Below, in pieces: positions 38,056-47,718 of a stretch of DNA of 64,000 bases. Position 1 is the first letter of the stretch. Each line of letters starts with the position of its first letter. The position numbers were made by a program, and so were the translations under genes. This stretch comes from Escherichia coli. Lineage in GTDB: Bacteria > Pseudomonadota > Gammaproteobacteria > Enterobacterales > Enterobacteriaceae. The stretch lies in the NCBI RefSeq assembly GCF_003334305.1, contig NZ_QOWS01000005.1; one strand, given 5' to 3'. The notes below the pieces were generated by a model, which searched no databases, had not been told where the DNA came from, and saw only the letters and a program-made list of their open reading frames with translations.

Positions 38056-39207
38056 TTATTTGTTCTGATAATCTTTCAGGATCTGCCGACCCGCAACGTA
38101 AATCATAATTTCGTCTGTACCGCCGCCGATACGTTCACAACGGACATCACGCCAGAAGCGGGAGACGCGCGCCTCATCGGTATAGCCCAGACCGCCCATG
38201 ATTTGAATCGCATCATCAATGACTTCCATTGCGGTACGTGCACAGTACAGTTTTGCCAGCGCCGCGCTGGTGCGCAGTGACTGATGCTGATCGGCTTGCC
38301 ATGCCACTTTCAGCACCATGTTGCGCATGTTGTCGATCTTAATCGCCATCAGCGCCAGTTTTTCCTGGATCATCTGGTTATGACCAATGGGCTTACCAAA
38401 AGCGATACGTTGGTTGGCATAGCGGGCGGCATCTTCAAAGGCGCATTCGGCAAAGCCGGTGCTGCGCGCGGCGTTGATCAGGCGCTCCATCTCAAAGTTG
38501 TACATCACATTGAGGAAACCCATTCCTTCTTCGCCCACCATGTCGCTCTCTTCAACCTCCACGTTGTCGAGATAGACTTCGCAGGTGCTGAGCATATGCC
38601 AGCCGATTTTATGCAGCGGGTTAATCTTAATGCCGGGCTTACTGGAGTCGACCCACCACAGGGTGAAGGCTTTTTTGGGATCTTTCGGTTGCGGATCGCG
38701 CGCCAGCACCAGCATATACGGGTACTCTTTCGCACCGGTAATAAAGGTTTTTTGTCCGTTGATGTAGACCTTGCCGTTTTTACGCGTGTAAGTGGTAGTG
38801 GCACTGTTGTTATCTGAGCCAGCACCTGGTTCCGTCAACGCCAGGGCATAGGCGGGATCACCCGTTTCCAGGGTGCTCTCTGCCGTTTTACGTAGCTGCT
38901 CTGCAGAACCGAAACGGCGCATACTGTGAATACATTGACCGTTGGTAATTAAAAATGCCGGAGCACCGCATTTTGACACTTCCATCAGCGCCAGCATTTG
39001 GGTGACGTAATCCGCAGGGATACCACCAAATTCTTCCGGCACGCCAAGCATGGAAATACCGTTATCCGCCAGCGCCCGCATAAACTCACGCGGATATGTC
39101 CCGTTTTGATCGCAGGTGCGGAAATACTCTTCCGGAAAGTTAGTCGTAATCAGTTCGCGAATACTGGCCAGCAGCAGTTCTTGTTCTTCAGTTAAAGAAA
39201 AATCCAT
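38056..39207 (-). CDS. ydiO: Acyl-CoA dehydrogenase family protein
   Basis: 383-aa product from MDFSLTEEQELLLASIREL...; AGGAG Shine-Dalgarno upstream. Confidence 0.9.
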   Translation of the reverse strand: MDFSLTEEQELLLASIRELITTNFPEEYFRTCDQNGTYPREFMRALADNGISMLGVPEEFGGIPADYVTQMLALMEVSKCGAPAFLITNGQCIHSMRRFGSAEQLRKTAESTLETGDPAYALALTEPGAGSDNNSATTTYTRKNGKVYINGQKTFITGAKEYPYMLVLARDPQPKDPKKAFTLWWVDSSKPGIKINPLHKIGWHMLSTCEVYLDNVEVEESDMVGEEGMGFLNVMYNFEMERLINAARSTGFAECAFEDAARYANQRIAFGKPIGHNQMIQEKLALMAIKIDNMRNMVLKVAWQADQHQSLRTSAALAKLYCARTAMEVIDDAIQIMGGLGYTDEARVSRFWRDVRCERIGGGTDEIMIYVAGRQILKDYQNK

Positions 39208-39220
39208 CATTATACTCCTG

Positions 39221-40816
39221 TTAATGAGCCGCTTCAGGCAGGACAAAACCCATCGCCGCATCGATAAATAATCTTTCGTTCATCAGTTTGAGTTCTGGCG
39301 AAATCACTGGGGTGAAGTCCATTTTGTCGAGAATATCTTTTTGTAAATCGACGCCAGGGGCGATTTCGATTAAATGCAGGCCGTCTTCTTTCAGCGTGAA
39401 TACAGCACGTTCGGTGATGTAACGAACATCCAGTCCCCGTTCGAGCGCGATTTTTCCGCTAAAAGTAATTTCCGGTAGTTCCCGAATAAATTTATTTACC
39501 CGTCCTTCCTGGACGATATGCAATTTGCCATCGGCAATTTCTGTTTTTAAACTGCCCGCAGTTAACGTGCCGCAGAAAATAATTTTCTTCGAGGTGGCAC
39601 TGATATCAATAAATCCACCGGTACCCATGATTTTGCCATTGAATTTATGCACGCCGACGTTACCGTGCTGGTCGACTTCAGCAAAACTCAAATAACAAAC
39701 ATCCAGACCACCACCGTGATAAAAATCAAACTGGGACGTCATATCCAGAATGGCGCGGGTATTCACGTTCGCGCCAAAGGCGATACCCTGTGAAGTAATT
39801 CCGCCAATCGGACCTGTTTCTACCGTCAGAATAAAGTCATCAGCACAACCTTCTTCCCGGGCGACCAGGCCAATACCGTCAGCAATACCGACGCCGACAT
39901 TCCCCACCGCGCCTTTACGCATTTCGAATAATGCACGCCGCGCAACTAATTTACGTTGGTTTAGGGGCAGGCTAAGTTTGGTGCTGTCATCAAGGGTGAA
40001 GTCACCAGAAATAAAACGGTTAACCGGCGCACCGCCATACAGTTGGCTTTGATCCGGATCGACCACCACAATATCCACCAGATAACCCGGAATACGGACA
40101 GATTTAGGATGCAGCGTGGCTTTCTTAACCATTTTCTGCACCTGCATCATCACAATACCGCCGTTATTGTGCACCGCCTGGGCAATAACCAATGCGTCGA
40201 GATACATCACCTCATCTTCAAAAGTGGCGTAGCCTTCACTGTCGCAGGTGGTAGCGCGAATGAAGGCGATATCTGGCGCAATCGCTTTGTAATAGAGATA
40301 TTCTTTGTTATCAAACTCGACCAGTTTAATCAGGTCTTCTTTCGTGACTTCATTCAGTTTGCCGCCTTGCTGGCGTGGATCGACAAATGTCCCGATGCCA
40401 ATATCACTAATAATACCAGGCTGGTGGGCTGCGGCGGCGCGTAAGGTTTGTGTAAGTACACCTTGTGGATAGTTATAAGCAATAATTTTATTTTGTTCTG
40501 CGAGTTCAGAAATACGCGGCGATTGTCCCCAGTGACCACATAATGCCCATTTCACCAGACCTTCTTGCGCCAGAGGACTAATACCACGGTCGGCGCGATC
40601 GCCAAGCCCTGTCGGACTAATAATCGATAAATTACGTGGCGTTTGAGTCTGTTTATATTTATCAGCAAGAGCTGTAATTAACGTGGTGGCTTCCAGAATA
40701 CCGCCGCCAGCGCCTAACACACAAAGTGTTGCTTCGTCGGGAATATAATTCACCGCTTCCTGTGCCGACAGGACCGGCACTCGTCCATTAATACGAGGTG
40801 GTTTTACAGGTTTCAT
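39221..40816 (-). CDS. ydiF: Fused acyl-CoA:acetate CoA-transferase (alpha/beta subunits)
   Basis: 531-aa ORF recognised as YdiF. Confidence 0.9.
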   Translation of the reverse strand: MKPVKPPRINGRVPVLSAQEAVNYIPDEATLCVLGAGGGILEATTLITALADKYKQTQTPRNLSIISPTGLGDRADRGISPLAQEGLVKWALCGHWGQSPRISELAEQNKIIAYNYPQGVLTQTLRAAAAHQPGIISDIGIGTFVDPRQQGGKLNEVTKEDLIKLVEFDNKEYLYYKAIAPDIAFIRATTCDSEGYATFEDEVMYLDALVIAQAVHNNGGIVMMQVQKMVKKATLHPKSVRIPGYLVDIVVVDPDQSQLYGGAPVNRFISGDFTLDDSTKLSLPLNQRKLVARRALFEMRKGAVGNVGVGIADGIGLVAREEGCADDFILTVETGPIGGITSQGIAFGANVNTRAILDMTSQFDFYHGGGLDVCYLSFAEVDQHGNVGVHKFNGKIMGTGGFIDISATSKKIIFCGTLTAGSLKTEIADGKLHIVQEGRVNKFIRELPEITFSGKIALERGLDVRYITERAVFTLKEDGLHLIEIAPGVDLQKDILDKMDFTPVISPELKLMNERLFIDAAMGFVLPEAAH

Positions 40817-40959
40817 TGTTAATTCCTGATTCAGATGTGATTTTCCCTACGCCAGATGGAGAATTAGCGCACAGAGACTCACGAAATATTTTTATTAAAT
40901 ACGGTTAAATATATTTTTTAAGTTCGGCGGGGAGGGTGTTCCCGCCGAAATATTATTGC

Positions 40960-41718
40960 TTATGCCTGGTGTAAAATAGTTAATACCGTGCGTAAATCAT
41001 TTACCGAGATTTGCCCTGGTGCAGAGGCTTTTTTTACCGCACCAAAAGTTGCCGCCGAGCCAAATACTTCACCAGCCAGACGAGAAATTACGCCAGTTTT
41101 TGCCATCGACATCGTGATGATTGGACGATCGGCATACTGCTCCTGCATCTCCAGGGTCGCGGTAAGCAACGTCAGCACATCGCTGGTACTTTGCGGCATC
41201 AGCGCAATCTTAGGAATATCGGCGTCGAAGGACTGCATTTTGCGCAGACGGGCAATGATTTCTTCGGCTTCCGGCGTTTTATGGAAGTCATGGTTGGACA
41301 TGACAACTTTCACATCATGCGCGTGGGCGTAGGCGACGGTTTCTTTAACCTGATCATCGCCGGTAAATAACTCCAGATCGATCATATCAACCAGGCCGCT
41401 GTCGATGGCTGCACGATTGAGAGCAATATAAGCCTCGGTGGAAATCGCCTGCTCGCCGCCTTCTTTGGCACTGCGGAAGGTAAACAGCAGCGGTTTTTCT
41501 GGCATGGTTTCACGGAGAATTTTTGCCGCCGCCATGACAGACTCCACATTGGAGAGGTCGGCAAAGTGGTCCACACGCCATTCCAGAATATCAAAGTCCG
41601 CTTCACGATAGGCGAGAGCTTCGGATTTCACGCGGGCGATATCTTTCGCCATCAGCGAGACGATGATTTTAGGTGCGCCCGTACCAATGACGAGATCTTT
41701 TACAGTTACGGTTTTCAT
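40960..41718 (-). CDS. aroD: 3-dehydroquinate dehydratase (type I)
   Basis: 252-aa [40 protein letters not shown]... recognised as AroD. Confidence 0.96.
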   Translation of the reverse strand: MKTVTVKDLVIGTGAPKIIVSLMAKDIARVKSEALAYREADFDILEWRVDHFADLSNVESVMAAAKILRETMPEKPLLFTFRSAKEGGEQAISTEAYIALNRAAIDSGLVDMIDLELFTGDDQVKETVAYAHAHDVKVVMSNHDFHKTPEAEEIIARLRKMQSFDADIPKIALMPQSTSDVLTLLTATLEMQEQYADRPIITMSMAKTGVISRLAGEVFGSAATFGAVKKASAPGQISVNDLRTVLTILHQA

Positions 41719-41748
41719 TTTTTACCCTTTCTGCACGCGGTCAGCCTG

Positions 41749-42615
41749 TCAGGCACCGAACCCCATGACCTGTTTAACATATTCCAGAGGGAAATCTTTG
41801 CCAGTCCATAACGTGAACTGTTCAGCCCCTTGCCACAACAACATGCCGTATCCATCAATCGTTTTGCAACCAGCTTGTTGCGCCTGCTGCAATAACTTCG
41901 TCATATGCGGGTTATACACGCATTCAGTGACCAGCAGTCCCGGATGTAACAGACTGATATCATTAACTAATGATTCATTCTCAAGGGGTTTCATACCCAC
42001 TTTTGTGCCATTGGTTAAAATGTCGGCGGAAGCCAGGGCTTCAGCAAAGGCTTGCTGATCGGCGAGATCGGTAACCGTGACGACACAATCGGTGTTTTCG
42101 TTAACCCGCTGCGCGAAGGCGAGGGCTTTATCGAAGAACTCATCCCGACGGTTAAAGAGTTTAATTTCTTTTAAACCTTCAATTGCCCCCTGCGCGCCAA
42201 TCGCCGTTGAGGCACCTCCGGCCCCTAACAGCACCATTGTTTTGCCTTTGATATCAAAACCGCTCTCTTTAATGGCGCGAATATGGCCCGTGCCGTCGGT
42301 GTTATAGCCGCGCAGGTAGCCATCATCATTAACGATGGTGTTGATGGCACCCACCAGTTTGGCTGCTGGCGTTAATTCATCAACATATTCACACGCCAGT
42401 TGTTTGTTCGGCATTGATATACCAGTTCCGCGCATTTTGAGGGCTTTTAATCCTTCAATTGCTCCGGGAAAACTATCGTTATCCACTTCAAAGGCCATAT
42501 AGGTAAATGGCAATCCCGCTTTTTCTAAGGCTTTATTCTGCATTTCAGGCGATAAACTGTGGCGGATAGGATAGGCCATCAGCCCAATCAATTCGTATTT
42601 TGCGGTAACATCCAT
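41749..42615 (-). CDS. ydiB: Quinate/shikimate dehydrogenase
   Basis: 288-aa [38 protein letters not shown]... recognised as YdiB. Confidence 0.95.
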   Translation of the reverse strand: MDVTAKYELIGLMAYPIRHSLSPEMQNKALEKAGLPFTYMAFEVDNDSFPGAIEGLKALKMRGTGISMPNKQLACEYVDELTPAAKLVGAINTIVNDDGYLRGYNTDGTGHIRAIKESGFDIKGKTMVLLGAGGASTAIGAQGAIEGLKEIKLFNRRDEFFDKALAFAQRVNENTDCVVTVTDLADQQAFAEALASADILTNGTKVGMKPLENESLVNDISLLHPGLLVTECVYNPHMTKLLQQAQQAGCKTIDGYGMLLWQGAEQFTLWTGKDFPLEYVKQVMGFGA

Positions 42616-42626
42616 AATTAACTCCT

Positions 42627-43892
42627 TTAACCTCTATGCTTAATTGTGTTTAACCGGGTGCTAAATTTACGCTCGCCAAACCGCACATCATTCTCAGGAA
42701 TAATAAAAACGCGGTAATAGCGGATAAAAACAATAATTGCGGTAATCAGGGCCAGCAGCGCGAAAGTAAAATCGAGAACAATGATATATTGAAGGCCGAT
42801 GTTCGACAGATAACCGGTAATCAGCGGAATAACAAAGTTAGCCAGTCCACCCATCATCATATAAATACTGGTGACTTTGGCTTTGCTTTTTGGGAAAAAC
42901 TCTGACATGACCGAAACACCGAGCTGTAAAATGCCGCCAGCTGCTGAGAAACCGATAACAAAGGCGCCGGCATTACACACCAGTGGAGAAGGGTACAGGT
43001 AGATAATGGCTGCTGTTATTGTTGCCAGTGCAGAGTTAAATACATTAGCCCAGATGGGCCGGACCATTTTTTTCAGTAGTGCGGCAAAAATAAAGACACA
43101 GACCAACGAGCCCATACTGTAATAAGAGATGGTTTTTAATGCCTCAGCTTCTGACATACCAGCAAAAGCCATCGCATATTTGGGCATCCACACCACAATC
43201 ACATAAAAGGTCGAGAATGCGGCTACACCGAACAGTACCGATGAAACACCTTCCAGCCAGACTAACGGTTTGCTGTTCATTTGCGGTAATTCATTAGCTA
43301 CGCTGGCGTCCACCAACTGGCTGGGGAATTTGCTTTTCAACAGCATCAGCGTGATCAGTACAAACAGAATACCCGGAATAATCAGCCCATAGCCGTACCA
43401 GATATTATTGAGCAACATATAGCTCACCAGCATTGGGTAGAACATTTGCCCAAATGACACCATCGCTTTAACCAGTATGACCGCCGAACCAGAGGCTTTC
43501 GGAAAGCATTCCATGAGCGCGGGGTAGCCACCCGTATCCAGCGCTGAGTTAGCGATACCTACGCACACTGCCAGACCGTAGGCGAGAGTTAAATTCGGGC
43601 AAGCGGGAATACCAAAGAAGAATAGCAGATACATTATTACTGCCATTAATATCACCGCCCGACGACCAAACTTATCGGAGATCACACCGAAGAATAAAAT
43701 ACTGATCAATCGCCCCAAACCAATACCGGAAATTAAGTAGGCAATGCCCGCGTTGTCAGTGGAAAACTTTTCCGCCAGAGATGACATGTTTTGGGCAAGC
43801 GTAATAACACTAATGCCGTGCAGGAAGTAGCTGAAGTAAATACAAAGAACAGCCAGGATAAATGGCGTGCTGAAAGCCTTATTTTGAGACAT
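42627..43892 (-). CDS. ydiN: MFS transporter
   Basis: About 421-aa 12-TM ORF recognised as YdiN; start chosen at the second Met. Confidence 0.88.
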   Translation of the reverse strand: MSQNKAFSTPFILAVLCIYFSYFLHGISVITLAQNMSSLAEKFSTDNAGIAYLISGIGLGRLISILFFGVISDKFGRRAVILMAVIMYLLFFFGIPACPNLTLAYGLAVCVGIANSALDTGGYPALMECFPKASGSAVILVKAMVSFGQMFYPMLVSYMLLNNIWYGYGLIIPGILFVLITLMLLKSKFPSQLVDASVANELPQMNSKPLVWLEGVSSVLFGVAAFSTFYVIVVWMPKYAMAFAGMSEAEALKTISYYSMGSLVCVFIFAALLKKMVRPIWANVFNSALATITAAIIYLYPSPLVCNAGAFVIGFSAAGGILQLGVSVMSEFFPKSKAKVTSIYMMMGGLANFVIPLITGYLSNIGLQYIIVLDFTFALLALITAIIVFIRYYRVFIIPENDVRFGERKFSTRLNTIKHRG

Positions 43893-44118
43893 TTTCACAG
43901 CTCCTTGCTGAAAGATAATTTCGTTACCGTACGTATTGTTCTTCGACGGTTTACATAATTACTATACTGAAGATGATTTTCCCTGGGTACATGGCATAAA
44001 GTTTATGTTTCCAGGAATATTGCATGTCATAGTTTGTTTTTGATCGCGATTTTCCTTAGTTAGCGCAGAAAGAGTTATTTATCCGTAAGATCTTGCATGA
44101 CCTGAAAAGAATATTGCA

Positions 44119-45333
44119 TTACCCACCCGGAGCAACATTTTCCTTTAGCGAGTGATGCCGCGTTTTTTTGCGGCTGCGTAAGCCGATAAACAGTGCCAGT
44201 AAAAAACCGATGGCAGCGATGGCGGTATCGAACCACATAATATCGGCAATACTTCTTTGGGACAGATGAGCCGTAATCAACGGAATAGTAAAGGTCGCAA
44301 TACTGCCCGCACTGTAATAGATCCCTGTAGCTTTACCTTTAGCGTAAGGGAAACGTTCAGCCATTAACGTCAGGCCAATTTGCACAACACCTCCAGCAGA
44401 GGTAAAACCAATGACAAAAGCAAATATTATCACCACATAAAATGTGGGATGCAGGCAGACGGTAAACAGAGCAATAAATGAGATAAAGGTGTACAGCATC
44501 AGTAATGTTGTTGGGCGAACGGTATTACGAATGAGTGGAGCGGTAATAAATACACAAAGCAGCGAACCCACGGTGTAGATACTGAGTAGTTTAATCGACA
44601 TAGTGTATGACATGCCTGCAACAAATTGTCCGTACTGTGCCAGCCACTGGCTAACCAGATAAAACGTTGCCATTGAGATATAGCCATATAAGGTATAACT
44701 GGCTAAATCGATAATTGAACAGCGATGTTCCGTAGAGCTGGTGGTTTTCTTTATGACAGGTAAGCGATGACCCGGATGGGGTGGGAACGTACAACGGTAT
44801 AAAAACAGAGCGTTAATAAACATAATGCCTGCAGCAATCATAAAGGACCAACCGAACCACAGTTCAGCCCACACTAACAGGCTAATGATTAGCGGTAATA
44901 AAAATTGTCCGCTGGAAACAAATGCTTTAATTAAAATATTGGCTGTCCCAGGTGAGCGTGGAAAAGCTTCCATCAAACTGGGATAAGTGCCTGCATCGAG
45001 AAAACTGTTTGCCATTCCTGCCAGAAAGCCAAAAACATAAGCGATAATGATGTTATTGGTGTGCAGGATGCCAAAAAAGAAGGCCATATAGCAGCACATC
45101 CCGAGCATGATAAAAGGGCGGCGACCAAAGCGATCGGATAATAATCCTGCAAAAAGCAAGACACTTAATCGACCAATGCCCAGCGATGAGATAACTATCG
45201 AGACACCCGCGGCATTAGTCTGCCAAAGTGTCTCCAGCGAGGCCATATTCAGGCTCATCAAAATGACGCCCATACCATGCACCAGGTAATTAAAATACAA
45301 CCCAAGTGCGGTAGGGTAATAGGGATTTTTCAT
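44119..45333 (-). CDS. ydiM: MFS transporter
   Basis: 404-aa polytopic ORF recognised as YdiM. Confidence 0.88.
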   Translation of the reverse strand: MKNPYYPTALGLYFNYLVHGMGVILMSLNMASLETLWQTNAAGVSIVISSLGIGRLSVLLFAGLLSDRFGRRPFIMLGMCCYMAFFFGILHTNNIIIAYVFGFLAGMANSFLDAGTYPSLMEAFPRSPGTANILIKAFVSSGQFLLPLIISLLVWAELWFGWSFMIAAGIMFINALFLYRCTFPPHPGHRLPVIKKTTSSTEHRCSIIDLASYTLYGYISMATFYLVSQWLAQYGQFVAGMSYTMSIKLLSIYTVGSLLCVFITAPLIRNTVRPTTLLMLYTFISFIALFTVCLHPTFYVVIIFAFVIGFTSAGGVVQIGLTLMAERFPYAKGKATGIYYSAGSIATFTIPLITAHLSQRSIADIMWFDTAIAAIGFLLALFIGLRSRKKTRHHSLKENVAPGG

Positions 45334-45432
45334 AGGTTCTACTTAGCAAAGGTGCTTTAAAAAGTGTAGCGATGTTGTGTCAGTATCCATTCATTATTGT
45401 TGTAACAACGACAATTCCTTTCTGTGGAAAAA

Positions 45433-45789
45433 TTAACAAAGCCGCTCCAGATCGTGTGCATATAATTCAGCGGCTACCGATTGATAGATCTTCCAGTCAA
45501 TAAAATTGCCATCAGGGTAGACTCGTTGAAATGCGGTTAAGTCGGGGAAAAAACGCATGGTGTTGTTGCCGATGCGGTTATTTATTTTCTCTATGATGGC
45601 ATGAAGATGTTTTTTTCTTTGCTGACGCATAGCCAACAGTTGCTCGACTACACGCTCAGGAATGGCACACTTGCCATTTTCCCACTGACGCCAGCTTTCA
45701 CTGTCACCGGTCTGGGCAATCCAGGTCGCGCATTCATCAATAGTCATGGCAAAAATATGGCGGAGTGCCTGGAGTTCATAAGCGTTCAT
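45433..45789 (-). CDS. ydiL: Uncharacterized protein YdiL
   Basis: 118-aa product from MNAYELQALRHIFAMTIDECATW...; the track ORF extends 9 codons upstream. Confidence 0.8.
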   Translation of the reverse strand: MNAYELQALRHIFAMTIDECATWIAQTGDSESWRQWENGKCAIPERVVEQLLAMRQQRKKHLHAIIEKINNRIGNNTMRFFPDLTAFQRVYPDGNFIDWKIYQSVAAELYAHDLERLC

Positions 45790-45927
45790 CGTGTAATGGC
45801 TGCATGAAATAAACAATAAAATATAAATAACATTATCAGCCTGCTGACGGCTTGAAGAGAGTCACAGTATCTTGTGCAACATTATTGGAAAGAGTGAGGG
45901 GCGAGGTAGCGAAGCGGAAAAATGTTA

Positions 45928-46032
45928 AAAAAAAGCCCATCGTGGGAGATGGGCAAAGACTACACACAGCAATTCGTTGTTTCACTCAGGGGATTTCCAT
46001 GCTTATAAATCAATATGTTGATTTATAACCGT
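45928..46032 (-). ncRNA. rprA: RprA small regulatory RNA (Hfq-dependent activator of rpoS translation, RcsB-controlled)
   Basis: Minus-strand read ACGGTTATAAATCAACATATTGATTTATAAGCATGGAAATCCCCTGAGTGAAACAACGAATTGCTGTGTGTAGTCTTTGCCCATCTCCCACGATGGGCTTTTTTT matches the recalled 105-nt RprA sequence exactly, including the 3' terminator hairpin and U-run; located between ydiL and ydiK as in K-12. Confidence 0.9.
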
Positions 46033-46217
46033 AAGCTAATAGTAGGCATACGGACTTTTTGCGTCGATCAGATTCGTCTCATTAGTTTAAAAACTGTAAA
46101 GAATTTGCGACAGGTACTACCAGCTGAATGGCGGTAAGCAGGAAAATATGGGGAAGAGCAAGCAAATATCAATTAGCGGGGGTTAACAATCAGGCGGCAG
46201 AGCCGCCTGATGAGAAA

Positions 46218-47330
46218 TTACTTATTCGGTTTCTCGATTTCGCCAAGTTCTTCGAGAATTTCTTCCGGTTGGTCCGTCGGCGGCGGGACTTCTTCCACCC
46301 ACGCGGCAAACAGACGCCAGGAAACGGCTAACAGAACCGGACCAATAAACAGACCGATCATCCCGAAAGCAATCAAACCACCAATAACACCAGAGAGGAT
46401 CAGGATCAGCGGTAAATCGGCACCCATGCGAATTAACATTGGGCGGATGACGTTATCCAGCGTGCCAACCACACCGCTCCACACTAACAATACCGTTCCC
46501 CAGGTGGTATCGCCGGTCCAGTAGAGCCAGATAATCGCCGGAATCAGTACCGGCAACGGGCCAAGCTGGACAAGGCAGGAAAGGATCATTAACACCGTTA
46601 GCAACGTTGCATAAGGTACGCCGGATACGGCGAGGCCGATACCGCCAAGCACTGCCTGTACTAACGCCGTCACCACCACACCCAGCGCCACCGCGCGGAT
46701 AGCCTGTGCCGCCAGCAGTACGGCGGCATCTCCGCGAACGCCTGCCAGACGGGTTGCAAAATGGCGAATGCCTTGTGCCACCTGTTCACCGCGCCAGTAC
46801 AGCAGGGCACTGAAGAGAAGCATCAGCGCACAATGCACCATAAAGCGCCCGATATGCGCCGCTTGCCCAACGAACCAGGTGGTGGTGGTGCCAATATAAG
46901 GGCGGACTTTCGCCATGATCGCAGTCCCCCCCATATCCAGCAAGTTGTGCCAGCCTGCATACAGCTTCGCGCCAATCACCGGAATGGTATTAAGCCACGC
47001 CAGATCGGGTAACGTCATGTCGCCGCTGGAAATGGCTTTAATTAGCGGGCCGCTGCCGTCGACGATACTGTTAACCAGCAAAGCAATAGGGATGATAAAC
47101 ACCATCACTAATAACAGCGTCATCACCAGAACGGCGAGAGAGCGGCGGCCAAACATGATCTTTTGCAAACGTAACAATACCGGCCAGGTGGCGATAACCA
47201 CCGTACCGGCCCATGCAAAGCCGAGAATAAAGGGTTGAACAATCCACAGACATGCCACAATCATGATGGCTAAAAACAGCACCGAAAGCAGAATTTGTGC
47301 GACATCCCTGGGCTGACGAACATTTACCAT
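46218..47330 (-). CDS. ydiK: AI-2E / UPF0118 family membrane transporter
   Basis: 370-aa polytopic ORF recognised as YdiK. Confidence 0.88.
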   Translation of the reverse strand: MVNVRQPRDVAQILLSVLFLAIMIVACLWIVQPFILGFAWAGTVVIATWPVLLRLQKIMFGRRSLAVLVMTLLLVMVFIIPIALLVNSIVDGSGPLIKAISSGDMTLPDLAWLNTIPVIGAKLYAGWHNLLDMGGTAIMAKVRPYIGTTTTWFVGQAAHIGRFMVHCALMLLFSALLYWRGEQVAQGIRHFATRLAGVRGDAAVLLAAQAIRAVALGVVVTALVQAVLGGIGLAVSGVPYATLLTVLMILSCLVQLGPLPVLIPAIIWLYWTGDTTWGTVLLVWSGVVGTLDNVIRPMLIRMGADLPLILILSGVIGGLIAFGMIGLFIGPVLLAVSWRLFAAWVEEVPPPTDQPEEILEELGEIEKPNK

Positions 47331-47718
47331 AACTACTTTTCACCTTTTTTGTGCGTCAAATCGTCGACGCGACGTGAACACGCGAAACTCACCTGCATAA
47401 TGATGAGCAATTTCAGCGGTTTTTAACAGGCCGATTCTGCCCTTAATTCTGATGGGCGTGTTAGAAAAAAATGTGGTACAACAACTCAGGCAACACGCAA
47501 ACGATTTACTCGTCGTATTTCAAGTTGCATGTGCTGCGGCTACGTTCGTTCACCCCAGTCACTTACTATTGTAAGCTCCTGGAGTTCACTCGCTTGCCGC
47601 CTTCCTGCAACTCGAAATCCATAGAGTAAATAAACATCACCTTTCAGTGCGCTATTGCAGCCGCCTGAAAGAATAGTGTATCGACCTACATCACAGACCG
47701 CAGGAAAGGGTCAATATA

